NCBI GenBank assembly: GCA_000091205.1
Contig: AP006489.2
Source: Cyanidioschyzon merolae
Lineage: Eukaryota
Length of the DNA stretch: 64,000 nt
Strand: one strand, 5' to 3'
Part shown: one piece after another, positions 46,201 through 57,454 of the stretch
Layout of the letters: each line of letters starts with the position of its first letter
Numbering within the stretch: the first letter of the stretch is position 1
Made by a program: the position numbers and the translations under genes
Notes under the pieces: model-generated
Seen by the model: the letters and a program-made list of their open reading frames with translations, nothing else
Told to the model about the DNA's origin: nothing
Database searches by the model: none

Positions 46201-49081
46201 TTGGCTCTCTGAGTACGGCTTCAGTTTTGGGATCGATGATGTTCGACCCTCGCCGGCCCTGGAACACGCCAAAGCTGTGCGCATTCGCAACGCCTACACC
46301 CAAGTTCAGGATGCTATCGAGCGATATCGAGCAGGTGTTATGCGACCTCGCCCCGGTTACACCGACGAGGAGACCCTCGAGTGGCACATTCATCGACTCT
46401 TGAGCGACCTGCGCGAACACGCTGGACAAGTATGTCTCCAGGAGATGGCACCCCACAACACTGCGATGATCATGGCCATGAGCGGGGCGAAAGGCAGCAC
46501 CATCAACATCTCCCAGATGGTGGCTTGTGTCGGACAACAGACCGTGAACGGTACGCGCGTCCGAGCAGGGTTTCACCAGCGCACACTGCCTCATTTTATG
46601 CGCGGGGATAAGTCACCAGAGGCAGGTGGGTTTGTGGCAAACTCGTTCTATTCAGGGATGAACGCAATCGAGTTCTTCTTCCATTCGATGGCGGGACGCG
46701 AGGGCCTCGTAGATACCGCAGTGAAAACCGCAGAAACCGGCTACATGCAACGCCGTTTTATGAAAGCGCTTGAGGACCTCCGCGTCGCATACGATGATAC
46801 TGTCCGCACAAGTGATGCCAGTCTGGTACAGTTGCGCTTTGGCGGTGACGGTCTGGATCCCCTGGAAATGGAAGCGAGCGACGGTCAAGCTATCGACTGG
46901 GAGCGACTCTGGACGACGGTGCAGTGGCTGGACGCACACTCTGATCCGCTGGTTGAACGGGCGCTCGGTGGACGCTTCCTGGCGGATAGCGTTCCGAGCG
47001 CGGTCGCGGTAGCGATGCCCGACACTGGGAGCGCGCAGGCGTTGCCAGGCGCTAGCCACAGGTATCAGCAACAACAACAACAACAACAACGACTACAACA
47101 ACAGCGTCGATCCTGGACGTTGGCGTCGCCCCGGATGCAACCAGAGCCTGAACGCATGGTCGACGACCTACAGAGGCCGCTTCTAGAAGCGCTGGAGGCA
47201 GCGGACCCGTCGACGGCTGCTTTCGAGCAACAGCAACAGCAGGTCCCTCTAAGCTGGCCGGGGCGTGTTCGCCAAGGTGTACTAGCTCTGGCGACACGAC
47301 ACAGTCCGCTGACGCCGCGACAATGGCAACTGCTGATGACCCTAACGGAACGCAAGCTCCGGCGAGCGCTCATCGAACCTGGAACCGCAGTCGGTGCCAT
47401 TGCTGCCCAGTCGATTGGGGAACCGTCCACCCAGATGACCCTCAAGACGTTTCATTTTGCAGGAGTGGCGTCGATGAACATTACCCAGGGCGTTCCGAGA
47501 ATCAAAGAGCTCGTGAATGCAACCCGTCGGATCGCAACTCCGCTGGTAACTGCATACCTGGAGACGACGGCTCCAGGGCAGCAAGAGCCTCGGGCGCTCG
47601 CCTACAACCTGCAGCGTCGGCTGGAGTGTCGACGTCTCAAACAGGTCATTCGGTATGGAGAAGTGCGCTGGAATGCATCCGGTGTATACCTGGATTACGT
47701 CCTCGACGAGCGCTTTGTCGCCGAGTACGGTCTTCATGCCATCGACGCAAAAGCGTCTGCAACATTGGAAGCCAGTGGAGCAAAGGCGCTGCCAAACATG
47801 ACTGGAATTTCTCAGGTTGAGTCCTTGTGTCGTCGTTTGCGCGCTCAGCTGCCTTGGCCGGCACTCTCCGAGGAAGAGGACACATGCAATGACCCCCGTC
47901 GTGACGAATCGACCGGGAACGTCCGTGTGGTATACGCCAACGGTAGCAGCGACGGCAGCGACGACGACGTTGTCCATCTCCAGTTTTGGCCACCGAGCGC
48001 GTTGGCACGTTCACGACCTACTCGGCGACGAATGGGCAGCGCCTCGGCAGCGGCAGCAGTTGCAGCAACAGCAGCAGCAACAACAGAGACAAACGTTGCG
48101 GACTGGGAGCCAGCGCTCGCTCAGCTGCAACGTCTCGTACCAGAGCTGGTTGTCAGTGGACTTGCGAGCATCGCTCGCGTTGTTTGGAGTCAGGCGCTCT
48201 CTCCTGCGAGCGATAGCGCTGGGAAAAGCGGGGAAGCTGCTGCCGCTGCTGCTGCCGCTTCTGCTGCTACCGAGTCTATCCAGTTGCTCGCTGAAACCGA
48301 AGATATGCGTTCGGTGATGAATACGCAAGGCATCGATGCGAGTAGTGTCTACTGCAACCACGTACTGGTCGTGGAGCAGGTCCTAGGTATCGAGGCAGCG
48401 CGAAGCACCATCGTGAAGGAGGTGCTGGAGACCATGGCTGCGCACGGGGTAACGCTTGATGCTCGTCATGTGGACCTGCTCTCCGACATGATGACCCAGA
48501 GTGGGCAAGTGCTTGGCATCACGCGCTTTGGAATCAGCAAGATGCGTCAGAGTACCCTGATGCTGGCGAGTTTTGAGAAGACCGTGGATCATCTCTTTGA
48601 GGCTGCGGTTCGTTCACGTTCTGATCGGATTCGAGGAGTCAGTGAGCGGGTGATTATGGGAAAGCCAGTGCCACTGGGCACCGGCATGGTGTCAGTCGGC
48701 TATGTCGAGTGTCCTGAACGCGTCGCACTCGCTCCGCAACGCGATGCGACTTGTTCCGGGTCGGAGGAGGCGGTTTCGTCTAGTTTGGAGGGTACGTCAA
48801 GGTCAAGATCTAGGCCAGAGGCGATACAAAGTGCTGACGACGAGGCGCCACGAGACGTAGATCGCCCAGCAACAGAGCGAGGAGTAGATAGGATCACAAA
48901 CGGAACAACAACAGCAGTAGCAGCAGCAGCAGCAGGAGGAGATGCAGACGAAACGTTTGCCGCCATGCCGTTCCCAAACCAGAAGCGACTTGCCTGGCAT
49001 TTGTTGCGACCGCCCGAGGCAGCGACCTGGTCGAGAAATTGCAACAGGCGTGAAAAGGCAACCATCGTTCACGAGCAGTGA
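43289..49081 (+). CDS. RPC1: DNA-directed RNA polymerase III largest subunit (RPC1/C160) with large low-complexity insertions
   Basis: 1930-aa uninterrupted ORF. The N-terminal zinc site [30 protein letters not shown]...CKRCSGLL and second site [14 protein letters not shown] match the Pol III-specific pattern ([29 protein letters not shown]...CKNCS; RCLHCGALNGVVKK). Also present are [40 protein letters not shown], the active site [24 protein letters not shown], the bridge and trigger helices ([47 protein letters not shown]) and no heptad CTD. Poly-Q/poly-A insertions account for the extra ~450 aa. Confidence 0.85.
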   Translation: [1930 protein letters not shown]

Positions 49082-50650
49082 AGTCTGGAATACCAACGCA
49101 AGCACGTCCTTGTTGTTTTTCAGCTTGTACTTGTCGTAGGTATTTCGTAAAGGGATTGGATTCCATGGATTTGGCAAATGTCGCGAAAACGAAACTTGAT
49201 GCTGTTGTTCCTTGCTTGCGAAAACGGCTTTATTCTTCCGAGTCGATCATAGCATGATGAGCAGATGCACGAACTGGTGCTGTCGTGGACAGCATCGTTC
49301 ACTCAAAACAGCACTTGTCAAATGCGATGGCCATAACCGTCTCCTCGTGAATTTATCCAGAGTCATACGTTCTCTCAGAATGTCGATCGATCGACGAGAG
49401 CGTTGGATGAGAAGTACGCTGCGTCCAGTTGCAACGAACGGTGATAAAAAGACCCGGACGGATAACGAACAAGAAAGCATGGGTCTTTGAAAAACCGTTG
49501 CAGGTTGAAAAGACACCAACGAGGTCGTACGAAAACGCGGACGACGATTCCAGGGGAAACAGATGCTCGACGAACGCCCTGAGAGGTTCATCCGGAGGTA
49601 CGGTGGATTCATGTCTATGGGAATTCAAGGAGGATCAAAAAGCATACATAAGGTTTCTTTCTCAGTGGTTTGGAAAAGCAAGTGACCGTCGATTCCAACC
49701 GTTTCGTGGCAACCTTCAACGCTGGGCACGTTCTGACGTGCCCAGCGTGCACACTCCCGCTCTTAACGATAGCGTTCGGGCTAGGCAGGCTTCGACTCTG
49801 AACAACTCGAATGGGTGCGTTTCATGACGACTTGCAGACCTCACGGCTACAGTTGCCTGCTGGACCCTCTAGAGAAGAAGAACGTGAAACAGGCCCGGAT
49901 CTACAAAGTTGTGTACGAGAAGCTCACCGAAATTCAGACTGCGACGAAAAGAATGCGCTGTTCAGCATAATGAGACTCCAGCAGCAACCACGTTGCACAA
50001 GCACGTCGTGCACTGTCGCTTGAAGGTCACGATCAGTATCCGGAAAAGTATCGTACGCCGCTGGTATCCATCTGTGTTCAACCACGAGCGCACGTCCAAG
50101 GGAACTGTTTCGTATTCTTTTTTGACATGGTGCTTCAACCCGGAACGCCTTGTAGGAACCAAAGCTTGAACCTAGACAGACAGAGAGACAGGTTATTGAA
50201 CGTTCGCTTGGACCAATGCACGGAGTACGGTACCGTTCAGCGGTCCAGCCAAGCAGAAGCACCGTTTCCACACATCGAAAACGATTTTTCTGGGCAACGG
50301 GTGACCGGAAACGGGGTACCAGTACGCTATCGTACTGGGTGTATGCGGAAAACCTCACCTTGGCATACCGGAGATGCTTTCCATCATACGATCCCCGTGT
50401 CTGAGTGAATCAGCGGCCAACATCGAAGCTGAACCATGCAGTCCGTACCTGATCGCTTTTTCAAACGAGAACCAGTATCCGAGGATTCTGGAAACCTTTT
50501 CTCATGGCTATGGAAACCTACGTGCTTTCTGGTATCGCTTGTCGTCCAGCATCTTCGCTCGACATATGCATACGATGGAAGCGCATCACCCATGCTCTCG
50601 ACTGCCTTGGCTGTAACGACACGGAAGCATCCGTCATCACCGAGCCGCTA

Positions 50651-53600
50651 TCATTCTTGATGCATATGCTGCATCGTATGCATGGGACGAATCAACGGGT
50701 TACGGGCCTGTGCTGGGTACGGATCCCTTGCCAGCCGTCTACGACGACGACGACGACGAAGATACCACTTGGCTGCGATTGCTATGAAGAGCAACACCAG
50801 TAAGCTGCCTCGGAGTTCGCCACGATGCCCAGAGACAACGGACAAGCGGGCCCAAGCAGGTCGTCGACTTGGCACTGCCACGTACTGCAAGTATCGCAGG
50901 AGACGCTGCCAGGGCGACAACAGCCACCGCCACCGCCACCAGCGTACGCTTTCCTGCCAGCGTTCCAGTTGTAGCCAAGCCAGGACTAGTGTGGACGCTA
51001 ACCAGGCCTCCTTGGCATCCACGACTCGGGCGGTTTCCAAGTACCGCTCGGCAAGGTGCAGATCACGCGGTGCTCCACCACGACCACGTAAATGCAGATA
51101 GCCCAGGTTAAATAGCGCCTCTGCTGTACCGAGTTCCGCCGCTTGACGATAAAACATCCACGCTGATATCGGATCGGATGGCGCTGCGACCTCTTCGTTG
51201 AACCACACCTGCGACTTGTCGCCAGACGCTGCCTGCTGCTCCTGCCAACGGTAGAGGAGATCACCAGCCGCCACCATCGCTTGACGCTGTCCATTCAGGG
51301 ACGCCAACAACCAGAAGGAGAGCGCCCGCTGTTCATCCTGCATCCACGCGTCCAACAGTATCGCCGCATTGTACTGAGCGACCTCGACGCCCGCCCACGC
51401 TGCCTGCACCACATTCCAGAGCGCTTCGTCGACAAGCGCTGCCTTGACAGCTCTCGACAACATCCGCGGACGCGTGCGGGATAAGCGCGCGGTCGTTACC
51501 AAGCCGCTCAGCTCCAAGAGGTACTGGGCGCGTTCGAGGGACCGGCGCACAAGCGGGGCCTCTTCGGCTACCCGACGAAAGCTCAGCGCAATATCGACAC
51601 AAGCGCTCGGGGCGATACCGGCCTGCATCAACGCTGCTGCCTTCCATATCGCTCGTCGATGTCCAGCTCGTGCCGCTTCCACCATACACACCAGCGCTTG
51701 GCGCTCGTCACGCCGATCGACTCCGGCACCGCTGAGGTAGAGCAATCCCAGGTTGTATTTGGCTTCACTGTAGCCGTGCGCTGCAGCCGCACGAAAGAGA
51801 CGCGCTGCTTCGTGCTCATCACGTTCCACAGCGATGCCCCAACGATGCAGTTGACCGAGCGCGTTCAGAGCGCTCGGTTCGCCACGAGCAGCCGCCACTC
51901 GGTAATGCCACAGTGCCGACTCGTTACTCGGTGCAACCCCGAGGCCGTGCAGATACATCGACGCGAGCAGCACATGAGCGTGTGGGTCACCCGTCTGGGC
52001 CGCGCGTGTCAAGTACTGCAAGGCGCGTCCATAGTCGGGCGCGTGCCCAGCCATACCCGTGAGCAGCACATGTCCGAGGGCGACCTGGGCGCGAACGTCA
52101 CCACGATCAGCAGCATGGCGATAGTACTGGATGAGTTCTCGTTCGTCAGCGTGTACCTGGGGTAGCAGCGTCATCGATGTTTCCAGCGCGAAGCGCGGTT
52201 TTGTTTCCAGCAGCTCCGGAGGGGTATTTCGGCGGGCAGCTGCGATCTGTTGGAGACTGGCGAGCCAGTCAGGTAGCCAGCGACGAGGACGGTCGAGCGG
52301 TTGCCAGGAAGCGCTCCCGAGTCCAGCGGCAGCGGGTTCATGTGCTAGCGTGGCAGCAGCGGTTCGTTGCCAAAGAGCAGGCGCTCGCTTTGCGAAACGT
52401 CGTATTCGTTGTGCATCCTGCAGTGACAGGCGAAAGCTTTCCAGTGGTAGGCGCTGTGATGCGAACCAGCCACGTTCGCTGAATGTTCCAGTAAAGTCGA
52501 GTTGTCCGTCAGCAAGTGGATGCATGGGGTTCTTGGAGGCGCGTTCCCGGGAGCTGGACGTAGGCCTCAATATGCCGTCGTCGTTTTCGTGGTGATCATC
52601 ATCGACTTGTCCGAGGTAGGCTGCAGCGAGACGATAGAAGCGCACAGCTTGCTCGCAGTTCTCGGGGAGACCACCGATCCCATACAGGTAACGAAAAGCG
52701 AGGGCGAGTTGTGCTCGGGGATGTCCATCGTTCGCAGCGCGATGCCAGTGCAACAGCGCGGCAACGCGGTCTCGTTCGCCAGTACTCGTACTGCTACTAC
52801 TGCTACTACTGCTGCTGGGCGTTTTGCTGCCTGCATGGGGCACGCTGCTTTGCGCGCTTCGCCAAGCGGCAGCGTACCCGAGAGGAATGCTACCATGCTC
52901 CGCAGTCGTGGTGCTACTCCAAAGCAGCAGCGTCGCCACAAGGTCATGCGCATCCGCTTGTCCAGATGCCACTGCACGTTCCAAGTGATACGTAGCGCGT
53001 GTACGGTTCGGTTTCAGTCCGTATACGCTGTCGCCAGACCAGTAGAGGCGCGCTAGAACGCTGCTTGCAAGGAAACAATCGGGAGATTCTGCGGTTGCAG
53101 CGGTTGTCTCTAAGAGCGCTACAATGGCCGTTACGTTCGCCTGTGTACGCCACAAGGCCTCGACCTCGGATATCCAGGAAGGTACCGGGCGTTGTTGTGC
53201 TTCGGGTTGCACAGTGGGCATCGAGAAGCGCTTCAATGATGATGCTTCCTGAGGCTCTTCTGCACCATGCACGTCCTGAGACGCTTCAGACGCTGCCGAT
53301 GCACTGCCCTGTACACCGGACAAGAGCTCTGGGGCAGCACGTTCATCTTTGACGTTTGCTCTACTTCGACTCGGTGCACGAGGACGCTCACCTGCGATTG
53401 TATCGGTTGCGGACAATTTGCTTACGAGCAGCATCTGTTCCGCGTACAAGTCCAGGTGCCAACGCGTGAGCTGTTGCCTCAGCTGTTGGAAAGCCGTCGG
53501 TTTCCGTCCCTGGGGCAGAGACAGTGCGAGCGGATGCTGCTCTCCCTTGTCGAGTAGGGTCATCATGGCGGCAAACGAGGCATTCAATTCCTTTCCAAAG

Positions 53601-54074
53601 AGCTGCAGACGCTCTCGGAGGTCTTGCACTTCTCTGAGAGGCTGCTCATCTGTCAAGGCAGCAATGCGATCGGTGATTCGGAGCGACTCGACTTGCACGC
53701 GATGCAGCTGGAGCCTTGTCGTCAAGCGCAGAACCTCACTCGTGGCGCGCTCCCTGAGTTCAGGCCACCAGCCTTCGAGTGCGGATGCAGTTTGTGGAGC
53801 GGGAATGAGTTGTCGGAGTTCCTCTTCGAGACGCAGCACTTGGTGAATGACCTGTATCGCCTGCCAAGCGACACCCGCCGGGTGCGCATCCGTCTCTGGT
53901 GCTGGTGCTGCGGATTCGACCGGCTCGGGAGTGGGCTCTTCCAGTATCGAAGCATCCAGAGGCCAGCCCAGCATATGGAGAAGCGCATCCTCGGGTGGTA
54001 AGATACTCGGCTTCGGATCGGGTAAACGCTGGTCGAGGGGTAGCGGCATCTGCTGATGTTGATGCTGTTCCATG

Positions 54075-54105
<31 letters not shown>

Positions 54106-55207
54106 CCTGTTGCTGTTGCTGTTTGTATCCTTCGCCTAGACGCTCCTGCTGTGTCCAGAGTGTTGCGTCGGGACCCTGCTTTGAGTCCGTTGCGGTGTTT
54201 GGTGTGCGGTTCCTTTCGGATACACCATAGGTGGTGTTCACTGCCTGCTGTGTGTCTGTGATTCGAAACGATTCTGACAACGATGAACGTATTTCCATTG
54301 GTGAACCAGCATCCACAGTGCTTTCCGGACTGTCGCTGTTATCGATCGCTCTAGGAGACTCAAGGCCTGCGGCTTCCAGCGATGCTTTGGGCTTCGACTC
54401 GGGATCATAAGACCACGAAGCGCCTGGAGCACTACCGAGCAACTGCTCCGAACGCGAGCGCTCCTGCGCAACATCCTTTGGGAATGGATCCATCGCTGAA
54501 ACTTGTGTCGCAGCGACCACAACGCTGCTGGATTCCGTTTCATCACCAGCAGTAGGATGCACAGTACCAGAAACAGTAGAATCAATCGTATCAGCAGCCG
54601 TAGAATCAGCAGGCAGCTGAATTGCCACAAGTGATACCGACGGTTGTGCCTGTTGTTTCTCCGAGTCTGCGGCTGGAGCGTTGCGGGCCCCATGGACGAC
54701 AGCATTCGCTTGGGGTGCCTCGTCTCGAGTACGCTTCGGCCATGAACTTGACTCGAGATGCTTTGCATGCTCGACGCTGCCGGTTGTTATCGCTTCGGTT
54801 GACGCCAAGCTGGACAGTGTCGGTTTCCATGTGGTCCAAGACGCCGCACTCACACCAAAAGTCCGCCGTTGCATGAAAAGATTCGAGTCTGATCCTCTAG
54901 AAGCATTGACATTGGATGTGTCTGTTGCCGCTGAGCTATCTGAGGATCGCCAATGTGTCTGCCAGGCAGCAGACTGAACCACACTGGGACGGATAAGACT
55001 CCCGCGTCCTTGTATTGTAGGTGATGCGCTCGTCTGCGGAATAGACGGAGATTTCGTGACGCTTTCCTCGCGCATCTCTCGCTGATGTGCTTGAGCTGCT
55101 CCCAGGTTGCAGAGCACGACCCAGAGGATGACCCCCAGCCAGAACTTGCGGTGAATAAATAAGCGCCACCGCTTCCATAACTTGCAAGAGCTAAACAGGG
55201 TCTCCAT
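50651..55207 (-). CDS. SEL1L/Hrd3-like Sel1-repeat (TPR-like) protein with signal peptide and C-terminal TM anchor; very long low-complexity N-terminal half
   Basis: 1518-aa ORF. N-terminal hydrophobic leader FWLGVILWVVLCNLGAAQA. Multiple Sel1 repeats in the C-terminal ~700 aa (e.g. GDPHAHVLLASMYLHGLGVAPSNESALWHYRVAAARGEPSALNALGQLHRWGIAVERDEHEAARLFRAAAAHGYSEAKYNLGLLYLSGAG). C-terminal TM LLVLLFIAIAAKWYL followed by an Arg-rich tail. Internal poly-Q ([16 protein letters not shown]) is encoded by the (GTTGCT)n repeat at about 54080-54121. Confidence 0.7.
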
Positions 55208-55821
55208 TCAGGGGCGACTCGGAGTCAGCGCTCTATGATGGCGATGCTGGGCGTACGGACAAGAGTTCCTAAAATGATCCAGGAAAAGTCAGACTGGGAA
55301 CCAGCAGACCTCCAGAAAGAAAACTCTGGAACACCTTACGCTCTCTGCGGAAGCAAGTTCCTCGTTGAAAGGTTCTTGGGCTCAGCGAAGCGCCGCGGTG
55401 TATGCCTCGTGAGAGAACCTCTGCTCCCGTTGGCTCTAGACCAACTTTCGTTCCTCGATGTCTCCAGGAGTAGGGCTTCAAACGGAAGCGCCCTTGAGCT
55501 TCGACGAAGAGAACGTTTGCAGCCGTTTGCTCTGTACCGATCCTCGTGTCTCCTTGTCTTTAGAAAACGCTTCGCGGATCGGTTACCAACCTCTGTCGTG
55601 CAGAAAGCGCTGCGCAGGACTCGTCCCAAGCCGTCTTCGGAGCAGTTCAAGGATACTTGTTTCTGCAAGACCTTGAACGCCACAGTTTATCAACGATCGA
55701 TTCCTACCTCTCGTTTAAGGGTGAAAAGAAGCTCAGAAAACGCCCGGATATATCTGTGATAAACGTGTTTTCCGTAGGCGAGAAATCCGGAAGCGTCTTG
55801 TGCCGCGTTGTCCTATACCCG

Positions 55822-57170
55822 TGTCAAACTAAAATGCGTAACTGACCTGGTCGCTCTACTCATGTCTTGTGATTATGTTTCCGAACGTTTCATGGGTGTT
55901 TAGCCTCGGCATTCGATTTGCAGTCGCAAGGGATGCCGCTTTCATGCGTCGTTCTAGGATCCGCGGTCGTCGTTTCGGAGTGAGATTCTCGATGCTTTGC
56001 TGCTGGAATTCGGAACGATTCCAGAGTGAAGATGAGTCGCGAGGCAGTGGAACACGACTACGCAACACACGCGATACCATTGTGGTATTCGTATGTACCG
56101 GCAACCAGGCTACTCCTTTGCTTGTGTGCGTCGCATGCGCAGATCACACACAGGATTCATGTCTTCTATCGTTCTGTGTTCAGGCATTACGCGGACGAAG
56201 CAGTATGCGCTGTTGGATTGGCGAGCAAAAACACTCCATGTCGGGCGCTGAAACCTCGTTGACGAGTTCATGGCGAATGCTCACTGAACTTGTCCCGTCA
56301 ACACATCGATCTCATTCGAAACACACAAGTCCTACGCCCTGTGTATGGAGCCATCGACGACACAGCATTCGACAGCAGCATGACACCGGTCACGGGATAT
56401 GCTCCCAGACGCTGTTGTCTCTTCCGTTTCGATCGAAAAAGGGTCCTGGAGTCGGAATGCTATGATCACAGCGATCGCTTTCTGCGGAGAATGCTTCGCG
56501 ACTGAGAAAGAAGCGCGCGTTGCCGGATCGAAGGTTCTCGACTTGATCTCGAGCCTCGGTTTCCCTCTCGGTACTTGTTTCATCTCCGAGAGCAACGCTC
56601 AGCACAAAGCCGCTTGTAGAAAATCGAAAAACAAGCGTTCACGCGCCTAGAGAGCAGCGTACGAGGTCAAGGCATTGCCCCGAAGAAGCCAGCGGTATCA
56701 GGGAACTGCAGTGGGCACGTCAACTGAGGAGCGCATCGCGAGGAGCCTTCTGTACCCGTCAAGGGCATGGGCTGAGCGATACGGTGAGCGTTCACGCTCT
56801 GCAGAGTGGCGCTGCCACCAGGCGGAAATTTGCCGGAGACATGCATTCGAGTGCCTGACCAAAGTCAAGTGTCGCCGCTGCGAAGCGCGCACCGAGGCTG
56901 TTTCCGACAAGTACGAAACCGAAAAGCGAAGCGTGATTCGCGACTTGAGCCTGTGGACATCGTGCGTCGACACCAGCCGAAGCCCGTGATACCCGGACTT
57001 GGAAGCTGTTGTTGTTGTTGTCGTCGTCGTCATGCAGTGACTACTGGAAACAGAGCTGGCGAGACGAACACGATCCGCGTACGTAAACGCCGGAAATAAA
57101 AGAGGGAATATGCGGCAGTTGCAGACATAGCTTTCAACAACCGGTATTCATGAGAATGAAAAGAGACCCA
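55822..57170 (+). mobile_element. Interspersed element family B, copy 2
   Basis: Collinear with 38375-39728 (a few substitutions and small indels by eye), same orientation. The core module lies at about 56360-56490. Confidence 0.65.
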
Positions 57171-57454
57171 AACTTTAGGCTGTACACCCGTGTTCGAGTA
57201 CCTGCTCCATGATATCACGAGATACGTGTATTCTCTACATCGAAGAAGGCACACAACGGTTTACGAGCCATGAAGCATGAAACGAGATCGTGCGTTCGGC
57301 GGAATCGTACATATTGCTTTAGTCTTTCAACGCAACGATATTGCATATCCGAATCATGTCATCGAATGCTTTTTCGCGGAGTATATCAAGAGATCGAAAT
57401 CACGATGCAATGCACCATACAGATCGTAGACGAATTACCAATAAAACATATGCG

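Noticed and set aside
18341-57170. Families A and B as solo LTRs of a retrotransposon
   Set aside because: The termini do not show the canonical 5'-TG...CA-3' (family A starts ttcaaa and ends agtctg) and no consistent 4-6-bp target-site duplications could be identified by eye. No internal retroelement ORFs (gag/pol) occur anywhere in the window. A weak possible CCTTT TSD at B1 is not reproduced at B2. It cannot be excluded without genome-wide data.
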